From assembly GCA_965153285.1 (NCBI GenBank), contig OZ229111.1: a DNA stretch of 64,000 nt. One strand, given 5' to 3'. The notes beneath the pieces were generated by a model, which had not been told where the DNA came from, searched no databases, and saw only the letters and a list, made by a program, of their open reading frames with translations. Within the stretch, counting starts at the first letter, position 1, and each line of letters opens with the position of its first letter. Source of the stretch: Podarcis tiliguerta. Its lineage: Eukaryota. This document shows positions 52,850 to 64,000 of this stretch, piece after piece. The position numbers and the translations under genes are program-made.

Positions 52850-55800
52850 TAAATCCAGTATTCCTCTGCTTCCTCTTCCTAAAGAAAGAAACCCTCTTTT
52901 CCAACTCTTTACACTTGGTAAACAACCCAGGCAGGTCAGCTCCTTCTGCCTCTGCCCCTTCAGCCCCCTGTTCTCATTAAAGTTGCCTTGGGATGAATCA
53001 AGAAGACTGAAGTTGGGTTTCCAGAAGAGGGAGAAGCTTTGCCTGTTTTTAAACTACTATGCTAGTCAAAAGCCAGCTATTCAACAGCACACCTCAGAAA
53101 ATGAGCCAGATTCTCTCACTCATTCGTCCTCCGTGATCCAGGGGCAGCAGCAAAGTGTAAAGCCCATCTGGTGCTTCAGAAGGAACATGCAGGGAATAAG
53201 CCAGCATCTCGTAGCCTTAAATTACAGTTGCCATCTTGAGGGCAAATGTCCAAAAAACAGAATCCACACTTATTTTTAGTAAGTTTTCCCTCCTGCCCTC
53301 AAGATGGCAGTGCAATGTGCCATGTAAACTGATGCATCCAACAGGTTACACTGGCCATGCCTGGATTGTTCTGAAGCACTGCAAAACAGCATGCATGAAA
53401 TGCTGAATGAGACATTCAGTTTTATGTAGAAGACACCGCAGGGCTCCAAACAAAGACACTGATAGCATAACAAAAGTGGAAGGGTTCTAGTGCATTCTCC
53501 ACAGGAATATATTTGAAACAGACATGCAAAGTATTTGTTTGCTTGCTTTTCTGATTAAAGAAGCCACCACCTAAACATTAAACATGCCATTTTCTAAAGA
53601 CAATATACTCTCCCTGCTAGCTGTAGTTACTGCACTAGGGTTTTGGTGCTTGTAGCAAGCCCCTATTGCTCAATTTTCCTGTAGAATTAAGGATTATGCA
53701 ACATTATCATCTGCTCACATTAAAATCGTGCTGGGCCATTTTATGGAGAAAGGATGTAAATGACTAACACTTCCTGTATGGGAAGGCCATTAACATTTAC
53801 AGCAGACACTGGGTAAGTGATGCGCTATCACTCATCACCACACTGCTCCTTTGCGTAGGGCAGAAAGGAGAGACATTAACATATCTCTTGAACTGAAGGG
53901 GCGACAGTGATTTTGGGACGGGAAGTTAATGATTACATAACCACCACCAAGCTTTTCACCATATATGACAATTTTCCTTCTTTCTGAACTGTGTTCCTTG
54001 CAACAGAAGACGGATAACAGACATTGGCTGCTGTGAATGACAGACCATCAACATGTAGCAGCACAGAGCTGGCTTTCTACATTGGTGGTCCTGACATTTG
54101 GTCCTTACAAGGGAACAGGCTGAGGAATGGACTTTGGCCATTTTGATTCCTCAGCACTCAGGAATTCCAATGCAGAAACAATCACATATTTGGTGATGGG
54201 TTGCACTGACTCTTTGCCTATGTAGACCATGACCACATGCCCATCACATGAAACAGGTAACCGTTAACAACAAGCAACAGGCATAAAAACATAGTGATAA
54301 GACAACCCAGGTTCATATATGCTGAAGAATAAGATCAGGGATCTTAAAAACTGGAGAACATTTCAATCCTTTTGCAGCAAGACAAAATGCCCCTACATTT
54401 CCACAAGAAGCTAAGAAATAATTTTGACTCAAGAGGCGTTTTCCAATTTCTAGTCTACTAACATCTGACCTAGTAACCGAGGGAAAAGCAAAATCCGCTC
54501 TTGCCAGCCGTTCATTTAGTTGTTTCTTTTCCCTTAACATAATTTCAAATCCTCCATTCCAGTTTCAGAGCTGCAAGACTGTGTCATCAAGGACAACCAA
54601 ACAATCTGTGACCAAAAGCCTGGAAACCTCCAGACATCCAGCCTTGTTTCTTTATAACACAAAACACCTGTGGCGGCTATAGACAGCTGAGATACTGTTT
54701 TGCTTGGAGTGGATTATTAGCTTTTCTTCAGCCACAAGCTTATGTTTTAAACTGCTGAATGGGAAGAATGCTGCTCTCCCCACCCCCACCCACCTACCCG
54801 GTCCTGTGTGATGTGGCAGCCCACTGCCGGGACGCAGGCAGAGTTGACTCCATGTGGTCTGTCTGATTTACTCGCTTGCTCACTCGTTCTTCAAACAGCA
54901 GGACGGGGGGGGGGGGAGTTCAGGGACCTTTTAAAGTCCTCTGCTGATTATTCTTATGTCCTTGGATTACTTAATGCACATAAGATTATTCACTAAATAA
55001 AAGCCCACAAGCTTGTTATAATGATACCATAAGGTGTAATGTGATGTACTTGCTATCAAAGTGGCAACTCTTTAGTTGGCAATGATCACTCCCAAGGTTT
55101 TGCAATTCTTTGCTCCCTGATTGTGCATTCACATGCCAAAATTTGCCTGAGTTTGAGCACATGTGTGGACGTAGGAAATTGAAGAAATAATTTTAAAACT
55201 AGGGTTTCAGGTGTCAGTTGGTGACAAGTTGCGATAAGCACTGAGGAAGGGTGTGCTGGGATGAGACTGAATTTTATGAAAACCTATTTTCAATGTTCCT
55301 CTTCTATCAAAACTTTAGGACAAAGAAAGCTTAGAGCCAGCATTACACAGCTTTAGAAATTTACAGTAGTTCCTTCAGCAGACCAAGTACAACTGTGGAA
55401 CCAAGTTCAAAGATAAAAGAAAGTCCTACCCACTGGTCATAACGCAACAGGGAATGTGCCAGAGTCATAAATCAGAGTGATCACCATTTGAAAGGGTGCG
55501 TGGTCAGGCTTTGTAAGTAGCAGTAAAATGACAGGAAACCCTTTGTACAACAATCTATACCTTTCAGAGAATAAGAAAGCGGAAATGTGGTGTTAAGTAT
55601 GAGTGTGGGATGCAAGCAGGTTCTCTTCAACCTTTTCCAAAATTTGTTGCTTAGATCCCGCAAAGAAGAAATGATAGGAGTTTGAGATCAACATCAACTG
55701 CAGGGGAAAGTGTTCCCTGTTCCTGCTTTATAAATGCTGGTCACATGCAAACCTGTTTATTGAACTGTCATCCCTGTTTGCTTGCAGGAAGGTTATTTGA

Positions 55801-56487
55801 CATTGAATCAAGCAACTGCTAGCCCACACTTTTCTGTGCATTGCCTCATCACTTTCCATAAAAAATCATAATCAAAAAATCAACAAAACTTTTTGCATAA
55901 GTCCAATTTATTTCTGGAGGCAAGTGTTGCCCTCAACAGTTCTTTACACTAGGCAAAGACATAGTATACAAAAGGGAAAGGCACCACAATACACCAACCT
56001 GTTAAAATTATGCAAAATTGATCACTGGCTCTTCCCATTTTGCTGGACAGACTGTGATAATAGGGGTACATGCCACCCCATGTTGTGGGTTTGACCACAA
56101 ATGCAAACTTTCTGGTCACTTGTCTTTTAGGAAATACAAAACATGTACACAAGCCAGCCAGCCAGAAATGGTCCATCAGCTGCGAGTTACTGCACAGATT
56201 TTCTGAAAATAAGATGGATCTAAGTACAGTATTACATGATTTATTGGCAACTTATTAGCATCAGCTCTTTTAACAACCACCAAGTTTTGGAGGAAACTGA
56301 AAGAGGTCACAAAGGAACTACAATAGGAAGTTCTGGAGAATTACATTGGTGGAAAAGTTAATGTACAAATCAGAATCACCAGTGAACAAAAGAAGATTGG
56401 CAGAGTCATATCAGATTGGTATGACTATTGCTTGTATTACGTATATACTTTAATCTGGAATTCTTGATTTAAGATTGGAATGATATA

Positions 56488-56738
56488 CAGTCATACCTCA
56501 GCTCCTAAACGCCTTGGAAGTCAAATGTTCTGGATCCCGAACGATTGAAAACCGGAAGTGAGTGTTCCAATTTTTGAACGTTCTTTTGGAAGCCAAACAT
56601 CCGACGGGGCTTCCGCGGCTTCTGATTGGCTGCAGGAGCTTCCTGCAGCCAATCAGAAGCCGCACTTTGGAAGTTGAATGTTTTGGAAGTTGAATGGACT
56701 TCTGGAACAGATTCTGTTTGACTTCCAAGGTACAACAA
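56488..56738. mobile_element. Tc1/mariner-type MITE with a central palindrome
   Basis: ta|cagtcatacct ... aggtacaacaa|ta; internal ggaagt subrepeats; perfect 23-bp hairpin at 56615-56663. Confidence 0.78.
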
Positions 56739-57159
56739 TATAGGAAAGCCTTTGTAAATCTAAAAGGCAACATAGAGGAAAGGCATAAGAATATACTGGA
56801 CGGGCAATTTTCCAACTAACTATATGCTCCATGTTTTTGAAATTACACGTCTGTTATATTCTATGTATTTGTCTATATACATTTATTTATTTATTTAAGC
56901 AAAAAGTACTCAGAATTTTCCAAAACTGCTTCTGGGGGGAGGGGGGAGGAGAGTATCATTAAAAAAAAAAAAAAAAAACAGAACCAGAAAGCAAATGCTA
57001 GCTGGAGTCTTAAAGAATAGAAAATGAATTCACTAGTTCAAATAAAATGTAGGTTTTTTTCTCCCCAGCTTCATTTTTATACATAAACAATACACATAAA
57101 AAGGATTGTTAAAGCCATGCACAAGGATATTGCTAATTGCTTCTGCCACCTAAAAGGCA

Positions 57160-57248
57160 ATTGAAAACCCTATGTACTTACCTGGGAGTAAGCACTACTT
57201 AACCAGTAGGACTTACATTTAAGTAAATATGCATAGGATTGTACTGTT
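57160..57248. repeat. Old palindromic interspersed repeat
   Basis: ccctatgtacttacctgggagtaag...gacttacatttaagtaaatatgcatagg; related decayed copies near 12485-12600 and 58770-58810. Confidence 0.55.
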
Positions 57249-58823
57249 AATGACTGGTGGGAGCCTATAGGAGAACACGGAGCATCTCATACATCGATGA
57301 ATAGTAGGTAAAGCAAGTCAAAAATAGAAGCTATAAAGGATGGCAACAGCATGAACACTGTAAGGAATTTCCTATGAAGTCACTGGAAACCTTATACATA
57401 TAGCTATAAACTGCTCTAACTAGCTTAAGCATAAGAAAAATGTACAAAGACTGCAGCTGGAAACAGCAAAAAACAAATAGCATAAAGGCTGCCCCCAGAA
57501 ATGCACTGGCAACACATTAAAGCCAACTTCAACTACTATACTGCACTGACCTCAGCTCTGACACCCACCCAATTAAATCTAATGAAAAGAGAAGTAAATC
57601 AGCCTGAAGCTGTTACAGTCCACAGTGGGGGTGGATGAGCAGTTGTGGTACGGCTGGGGTGAGACTGCCTATTCCAACGTGCAGAAAGCAAATGGCCTTG
57701 CAATGTCTCCTCTTCAGCACTCTCCTGCTCAAAAAAAGGCCTTTCGTCTTTTGGCACTGCTTGCCATTGCTCCCCTTGTCGTGTCTGCCATGGATTCACC
57801 AACTGCAAGAAGTTGGGGCTCATCTACAACTTTGCTCCGAGCTTTTTAGGCACAGGTCTGTGCTTTAAAGCACCGTGTCCAAGCACTTCTTCTTACTTAC
57901 TTGCTTTCTGCCCTGGCACTTTCCCTGCAAAAATCCGCTCTTTAGCACTGAATCGGAACAAAAGGCAATTCTGGTTTTCTGCGAGTTCCCCAACCATGCC
58001 ACTAGTTGAAACCACACAAAGACAATGAAGCCTGCCTGGTGGCACAGTGAAGGAGCAGCCACCATTGCAGTCTCAGGAAACTAGTTTGAAAGTATATGTA
58101 TATAAAATTTATATTATAAACCCACGCTGCAAAGTTCTAACAGAAATGGAAGAAAATAAGCTGGGAATAGAGTTTCATCCTAATGAATGAAACCTCTAGT
58201 GTGCTGAGAAAAACAGTTCCGCTTTCTGTCACCTTTACTATTCTAACAAGTTCTTGGGAATTCATTTGAAACCCAGTTTATAGTTGCTTTGTGCTCTGAA
58301 TGGGCTTATGATCCTTCTGCAGACTGCCATGGACCCCTCTCTCCCCTGGCTCTTACCATTCCTTGTCTTTGTTACCTGGGCTGAGAATGAGAATGTCAGG
58401 AGGAGGACAGCATAAAGTAGACCACAGGCACTACTCCCAGGAATGCTTAAGTCACTGGCTTAGGAAGCCTTGCCGGTTTAAAGAAAAAGGGTGGTAGGAT
58501 GGGTGGTAGGATGGGTGGGTGGGGAGGAAGCTGTTCCCTCTGCCAACTATGAACGTGCAAAAAGAATGAAGAAAGGGCTTGTTTTGAGGGGGGTGGAGAG
58601 TAGACTGTTAACACGTCTCACCTACTCCTACCCCTACCATGAAGAGAATTCATGACTATTAATAAAGCTGCCTTGGGGGGGGTTAGAAGGTTTTTTTATA
58701 CTATATTAGTAAAATAAACTCCCCAGGTAAGCTAACTGGGGAAAAGAGGAAAGAGAAGATTGAGGATGTAATCTACCTACAAGTAAGTCCCCCTGAGTTC
58801 AGTGGGACAGACAGATTATAAAC

Positions 58824-59034
58824 CATGGGTAGGCAAACTAAGGCCCGGGGGCTGGATCTGGCCCAATCGCTTTCTCAATCCGGCCTGCAGACGGTCCAAG
58901 AATCAGCATGTTTTTACATGAATAGAATGTGCCCTTTTATTTAAAATGCATCTCTGGGTTAACATAGTCCAGCCCCCCACAAGGTCTGAGGGACAGTGGA
59001 CTGGCCGCCTGCCAAAAAAGTTTGCTGACCCCTG
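58824..59034. mobile_element. Second copy of the same hAT non-autonomous element, with an internal deletion
   Basis: Same TIRs and internal sequence as 34666-34928 but lacking the T-rich middle; degenerate flanks tataaac / tataaat. Confidence 0.88.
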
Positions 59035-61177
59035 TATAAATGTTCCAATCTGTCTGCCCAAAATTCCAATACTGGATTTTTTAGACATAATGTATAGTAA
59101 ATAACTTCTAGAATATAGGTTTGTATCCAATTAAGTTGTCTTGCTAGTGCAGGGAGTCCTGCCTGTACAATGGGGCATCTTCTCCCTGCATCGTCCCAGA
59201 TTTATTCTGGGGGCTCCCCAACCCTCCACAGCAGATTGGGGGGGGGGTCCATAAGAAGAGGAAATCCTACTGAGCTGATGGAAGTCCTTGCACTAATGCA
59301 GTGACTTCATTGGTCACAGCCCCCTGTATATAGTTTTCACCACTTAGAATTACAATTAAGTGGTGTACAAATCTGTAACATAAAAGGAAAAAGTTACTAA
59401 AACTTTTAGAAGTTTTAGAATATTAATTGTCATTTATTTACCAACAATAACAAATGCTGGCTTATAAGTATAATTTAAATTTTATCAGTTTTTAAATGAG
59501 TGGCTTTGTCACATCAACTGAAATGTAAACAGCAAGAGGAAATTCTGTAGCCCTGTTAAGTACTAGCTTCATACCTGAAAGGCTAAAGCTGAAACAGGAA
59601 AAAAGGTAGACATGCCTCTCTCCCCATCCCCCTCAGCAAATTGAGACTTTTTTCTTTATAGCCAAGAGCAGACATGCAGTTAGCTTCTGTTTTATGGAGC
59701 TGGGAGAGGAGACAGACAGGGGTTTTTTTTAAAGACAATTTCTTTAGCAGAATCATCAAAAATGTCTGACTCCTTCAACTATACACCAGTACAGTATATA
59801 AAAGCCAGAGATAAAAGAACAGCATTGTACAGACGGCAATTGCCAGAAGTATCCCAGACTTGCCACAAAAGGATATTAGGAACAGTTCAACTGAGGCAGG
59901 ATGCCATTATCAGCAGACTGAAGTCTTGTAAGAAGGCAGGAATACCTCAAGTTATTTCTCAATGGGGACCCAAACTGCCAGATGCACACAAAGAATCATT
60001 GCAACCATTTTTTTTGTTGACCAACTAAACTCAAAACGGGGATGGGCCAACAAAAAATTGGTAATAACCATGCTTTATAACAAAATGAAAGCTCCCATAC
60101 CTTTTAGGCAAACATTACATAGCTGATAATGAGCTTTGCCTTTCCCTGTAGCTGGACAATAAGAGACACAGCTGGGGACCAATTTAAGGTAAGTAATAAT
60201 TATATCTGGAAACACAAAATAACATGCTACTTGTTTCTAATTGGTACCCGCCCCAATATAGTACTCTACTTCCTGGGGGGGGGGGAGCCCCTGAACCCAG
60301 GGAGAGAGCACATGGACTGTGTTAGGATCTAAGCAAATGAAATAAAAAGGCATGTACCTCCAATTATAACCCTTGGTACTCACATCCTATTTTACCTGTT
60401 GCAGTTCATAACTCACTCATGTTATCCAACTCTAAGAGCAGGCTCATGAAAAGCAGCTAAAACCGCCAGAAAACGCTTCTGTGCAGTTTCTTCTTGTGGA
60501 GCTATGTAACATGGTTAGAACAATTCCTATCTGGGTGCAGCGATCATGGAAGTGACCAGCAAGGTAAGAAGAGCCCTGCTGGATCAGGTCAAAGCCCAGC
60601 AGTGACCAGCCAAATGCCTCTGGAAAGCCCACAAGTAGGACATGAAGGTGGATCCTGTTCCCAGACTGGTTTGCTGACTAGAATAGGCCTATGCACCTGA
60701 AGCTACCATTCTACAAATACCCAACTGGCAACTGATGTCATCCAGATAGTACGTATGACAAAGTTTGAAGGGAGTTTGAAGAATATGATGCTATACCAAT
60801 ATTGCCTAAATCAGTGATCCCCAAACCTTCCCCCCTCCCACTGGCCACTTGAAGAATGCTAAGGTTAAGGTATTGTTGCTTAATGATTTATTTATTTATT
60901 TATTGCACTTGCAATGCACTGTGCTGTGATGTTTTTAAATTGTATTTTTACAGACGTGCCACAGACCACCTAAGTGAACATGGAAAGCCCTTAAAACAAC
61001 ATGTTAAACCAAAAGGAATGTGTGTGTAAATATGTTTGTTGCTTTGTCCCAGTATCTCAAGTTGTTACAATTCTTTTCTCCAGAAAGAAACATGAATTTC
61101 AATTAAAACAAGTGTGAGGACTGGTGGACAAACAAGATCCATGAGGACAGGTCAAAGCTAAGAGCCTGGATATAGAG

Positions 61178-61479
61178 CAGGGGTCGGCAAGGTTGACCTC
61201 ACTTGGGCTGGTTCACTCCAGCGGAAATCCCTCTGTGGGGCCGGAGCGCGTGCACCCACAATTTCCGGCATCTACATCTATGCAGACACGATTTCCAATG
61301 TCTGTGCAGATGCGATTTCTGGCACCGCGGAAGCGAGTCCCCGCGCCACGCTGCGCCGATTTAGCTCAGTGAGCAGGGACTCGCCAAGTGAGCGATTCGG
61401 TTCCAGGGCGGCTCGTGTGCCGGTTAAACGATCCCCGTGGGCCGCTTGTGGCCCATGAGCCTTAGGTTGCCGACCCCTG
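61178..61479. mobile_element. hAT non-autonomous DNA transposon, CpG-rich
   Basis: 13-bp TIR caggggtcggcaa / ttgccgacccctg; TSD atatagag / atacagag. Confidence 0.9.
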
Positions 61480-62310
61480 ATACAGAGATCTGATTTCAGC
61501 TGTGTACCACATGTCCCCTTCTATACCTGCAAAAAGTAAAGCTCTTCTAATCAACATGCAGTGTCTGGAACACCTTCCAGCTGCAAATGAGCATGCGAGT
61601 TGAAGACTATAGAATGGGTAACAAATGCAAACACAAAACGGGGCATTAAAAACATCATACACTGGAAAAATAATCAATATGCCCTGCATAATTAATCACA
61701 GCAGACTACCATGGGTAAATTACTCTCTCTGGAAGAAAAATTTAGTGACAGAACGACAATGAAACAAAGAAGATAAATAGTCTTCCAGTCTCACATGCTT
61801 CCTTTCCACAATCCTACTATAATCAATGAACCTTTTCTCACAAGGCTGAGCCCTATAGTCATGAATACCTAAACTAGAAAATTCTGCACTTCTTCAACTG
61901 TGTCCCTGTTCAGTTGAGCAGAACCCAAACAAATGAGATTTCCAGAACTAGTCAACTTCTTAGGCATATAGACTGCTTTTATCCTGGAAGTTTCTTCCTC
62001 AACACTAGTTGCTGCCAATACATTTTTGGGGGGCCGTTTCACACATGCATGTTATTATGTGATTGTTCAATAACATATGACTCACAGCTGAATTTGTAAA
62101 CAGACCCCAATATAAAACACTGTGTGACTACTGTGGTATTTGATCTGTGATGTATCCGTGAATGAGCCAAGTTCTCATTGCAGTCCTCAAAGTGATAAAA
62201 CATGCACGAGTGAACCAACTTTTTATTGTCTCACCACCCCACCTCTGTCAAATTACCATTCCTTCCTCATTTTCTAATTATTACACTGATTCTTAGAGGC
62301 TCAATTACAA

Positions 62311-62390
62311 CAGGGATGGAGGATCTCTGGTCTTCAGATGTTTGACTTCCAACTCCCATCCTCCCCAGCTAGCAATGCCAATTGTCAGAG
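62311..62390. mobile_element. Left half of a palindromic hAT MITE, truncated by the adjacent L1 fragment
   Basis: cagggatggaggatctctggtcttcagatgtttgacttccaactcccatcc...; the right arm is absent. Confidence 0.55.
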
Positions 62391-62391
62391 A

Positions 62392-63240
62392 TTAGGCTAA
62401 TCTGTTACATCTAGGGATTTCCTAATTATCTTATATTACAGTATCTCACTAAATATTCTTTAAATTTCTTCCAGTCTTCTTGTGTTTCCTCCTCTTTCTG
62501 GTCGCGAATTCTTCCAGTCAGGTCAGCCAGCTCCGAAAAGTCCATCATCTTCATCTGCCATTCTTCTATTGTCGGTATTTCTTGCAATTTCCATTTTTTG
62601 GCTAATATTAAAGTCTTGCTGCTGTAATGGCATACAAAAACAGTCTAACATTCTTCTTGGGCAATTCCGGTCCTGTTATTCCAAGTAGAAAGGCTTCTGG
62701 TTTCTTAATAAATATATTTTTCAACATTTTTTTTAATTCATTATAAATATTTTCCCAGAAGTCTTTCACCTTGGGACAAGTCCACCACATATGAAAAAAG
62801 TGCCTTCTTTCTCTTTACATTTCCAACATAAGTTATCATTAGTGTGGTAGATTTTTGCTAGTTTCACCGGGGTTAGGTACCATCTATACATCATTTCATA
62901 ATATTTTCTTTTAATACAGTACATGCCATGAACTTAACCTCTTTCTTCCATAACCTCTCTCAATCTTCCATCATTATATTGTGACCCACATCTCTTGCCC
63001 AATCAATCATAACAGATTTAACTTGTTCATCCTTTGTATGCCATTCCAACAATAAATTATACATTTTAGAGAGATTTTTAACATTTGTATCTATCAATTC
63101 CATTTCCAATTTTGATTTTTCAGTTGCAAAACAATTTTTCTTATCAAGTTTATACAATTCATTAATCTGATGATATTGTAGCCATCCCCCCAGTTTATCT
63201 TTAATTTGATAAAAAGGTCTCAGTTTAATCCATTCTTATT
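62392..63240 (-). mobile_element. L1-clade LINE ORF2 C-terminal fragment (decayed)
   Basis: Minus-strand frames give MYRWYLTPVKLAKIYHTNDNLCWKCKEKEG..FHMWWTCPKVKDFWENIYNELKKML..PEAFLLG..AARL, including the CCHC zinc-knuckle region; frameshifted. Confidence 0.9.
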
Positions 63241-63769
63241 TCCCAACAGTAAATTCCCCCATTCTTGGACTGATCAAAACCATCAGGAAGAATCTTGGGT
63301 ACTGCTTATTTTCAATATTTTGCTCAATGGGTATTTGAGCTTTGACAGTTAAATTAGTTATCCAGGAAGAGACAGAGAACATAATCTCTAGAGCAAATTG
63401 TTACTTCCCACTCCCCCCCCCCCCAGCAAAAGATAATAAGTACTTCTGTACTTTTACAGAAGTAACACCTTTTTCATCAGTCTAGCACCCACCTGGGTGG
63501 GTGGTCAGAACTGTCACAATCTGAACTTTGTTTTGCTGAAAAGGTGGGTTAAGGGAAAAGAAAAGGGAAAAGTGCCTAGCTAAGCAGGCCAACAGTTCAG
63601 CCATTCTCGGCTTAAACCACAAAGACTCAGCTCTGTCACACATCTTTGGTTCCTCATGGAGGTTCTCTGCCAAAATCCTTAACCAGCCAAGCAGTCAGAT
63701 GCTGGATTGAAGATTACTCCATGCAGCAGCAAATCTTTTGAACATGCAAGGGTCATGGGAAACAAATCA

Positions 63770-64000
63770 TGGTATGAATCCAAAAATTGTAGGAAAGCTA
63801 AAATAAAAGGGATGGTTGAAAAACAGGAGAATATGTAAGAATGTAAGAAAACCGTATCAGGATAGGAGGGAGGTCAAGACGTGTGTTAAAGTTGTGTAAA
63901 TAAGTGGATGATACCAAACATTGACTAATAAGAGTGTTATCTTCTTTATTTTAGTTTGTTTATTTTTTCTTTGTATGTTCTCTGTTTTCTGTGGAAGTTT
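63770..64000 (+). mobile_element. Possible L1 3' UTR, running off the window edge
   Basis: A-rich segment, purine tract ggagggaggtc, then T-rich segment; resembles squamate L1 3' UTR layout. Compositional evidence only. Confidence 0.4.

Noticed and set aside
57599-57823. ORF with GEQWQAVPKDERPFFEQE, reminiscent of an HMG-box helix
   Set aside because: The rest of the HMG box is absent in this frame and there is no supporting exon structure; most likely chance.
58488-58527. G-quadruplex-like tract gggtggtaggatgggtgg...
   Set aside because: Short low-complexity duplication on the strand opposite the pre-mRNA; such tracts are common and nothing else supports a function.
61200-61460. CpG-rich patch as a possible CpG-island promoter
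   Set aside because: Fully contained within a TIR- and TSD-bounded hAT element.

Overview
Vertebrate genomic DNA, almost certainly a squamate reptile (Sauria SINEs and a Squam3-like SINE point to a lacertid lizard; this is inference). The whole window lies inside one minus-strand gene, SH3PXD2B (Tks4/FAD49, a PX + SH3 podosome/invadopodia adaptor). I traced nine constitutive coding exons by hand (equivalent to human exons 3-11; 76, 77, 92, 26, 135, 105, 118, 227 and 50 nt). All have AG/GT boundaries and matching phases, and together they give 906 nt = 302 uninterrupted codons covering the C-terminal PX domain, SH3#1, SH3#2 and the start of the proline-rich linker. Exons 1-2 and 12-13 were not found in the window. 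The most notable extra is an in-frame 84-nt cassette exon (6950-7033) in the SH3#1-SH3#2 linker, with a weak donor followed by three clustered TGCATG (RBFOX) motifs. The same intron holds a candidate 188-nt stop-containing exon. Introns contain Sauria SINEs (two young inverted copies bracket exons 3-5), hAT and Tc1/mariner MITEs, CR1/L2/L1 fragments and simple repeats. Most ORFs in the supplied track are spurious. I saw no prokaryotic system, CRISPR array or autonomous mobile element. The best candidates for novelty are splicing-regulatory.
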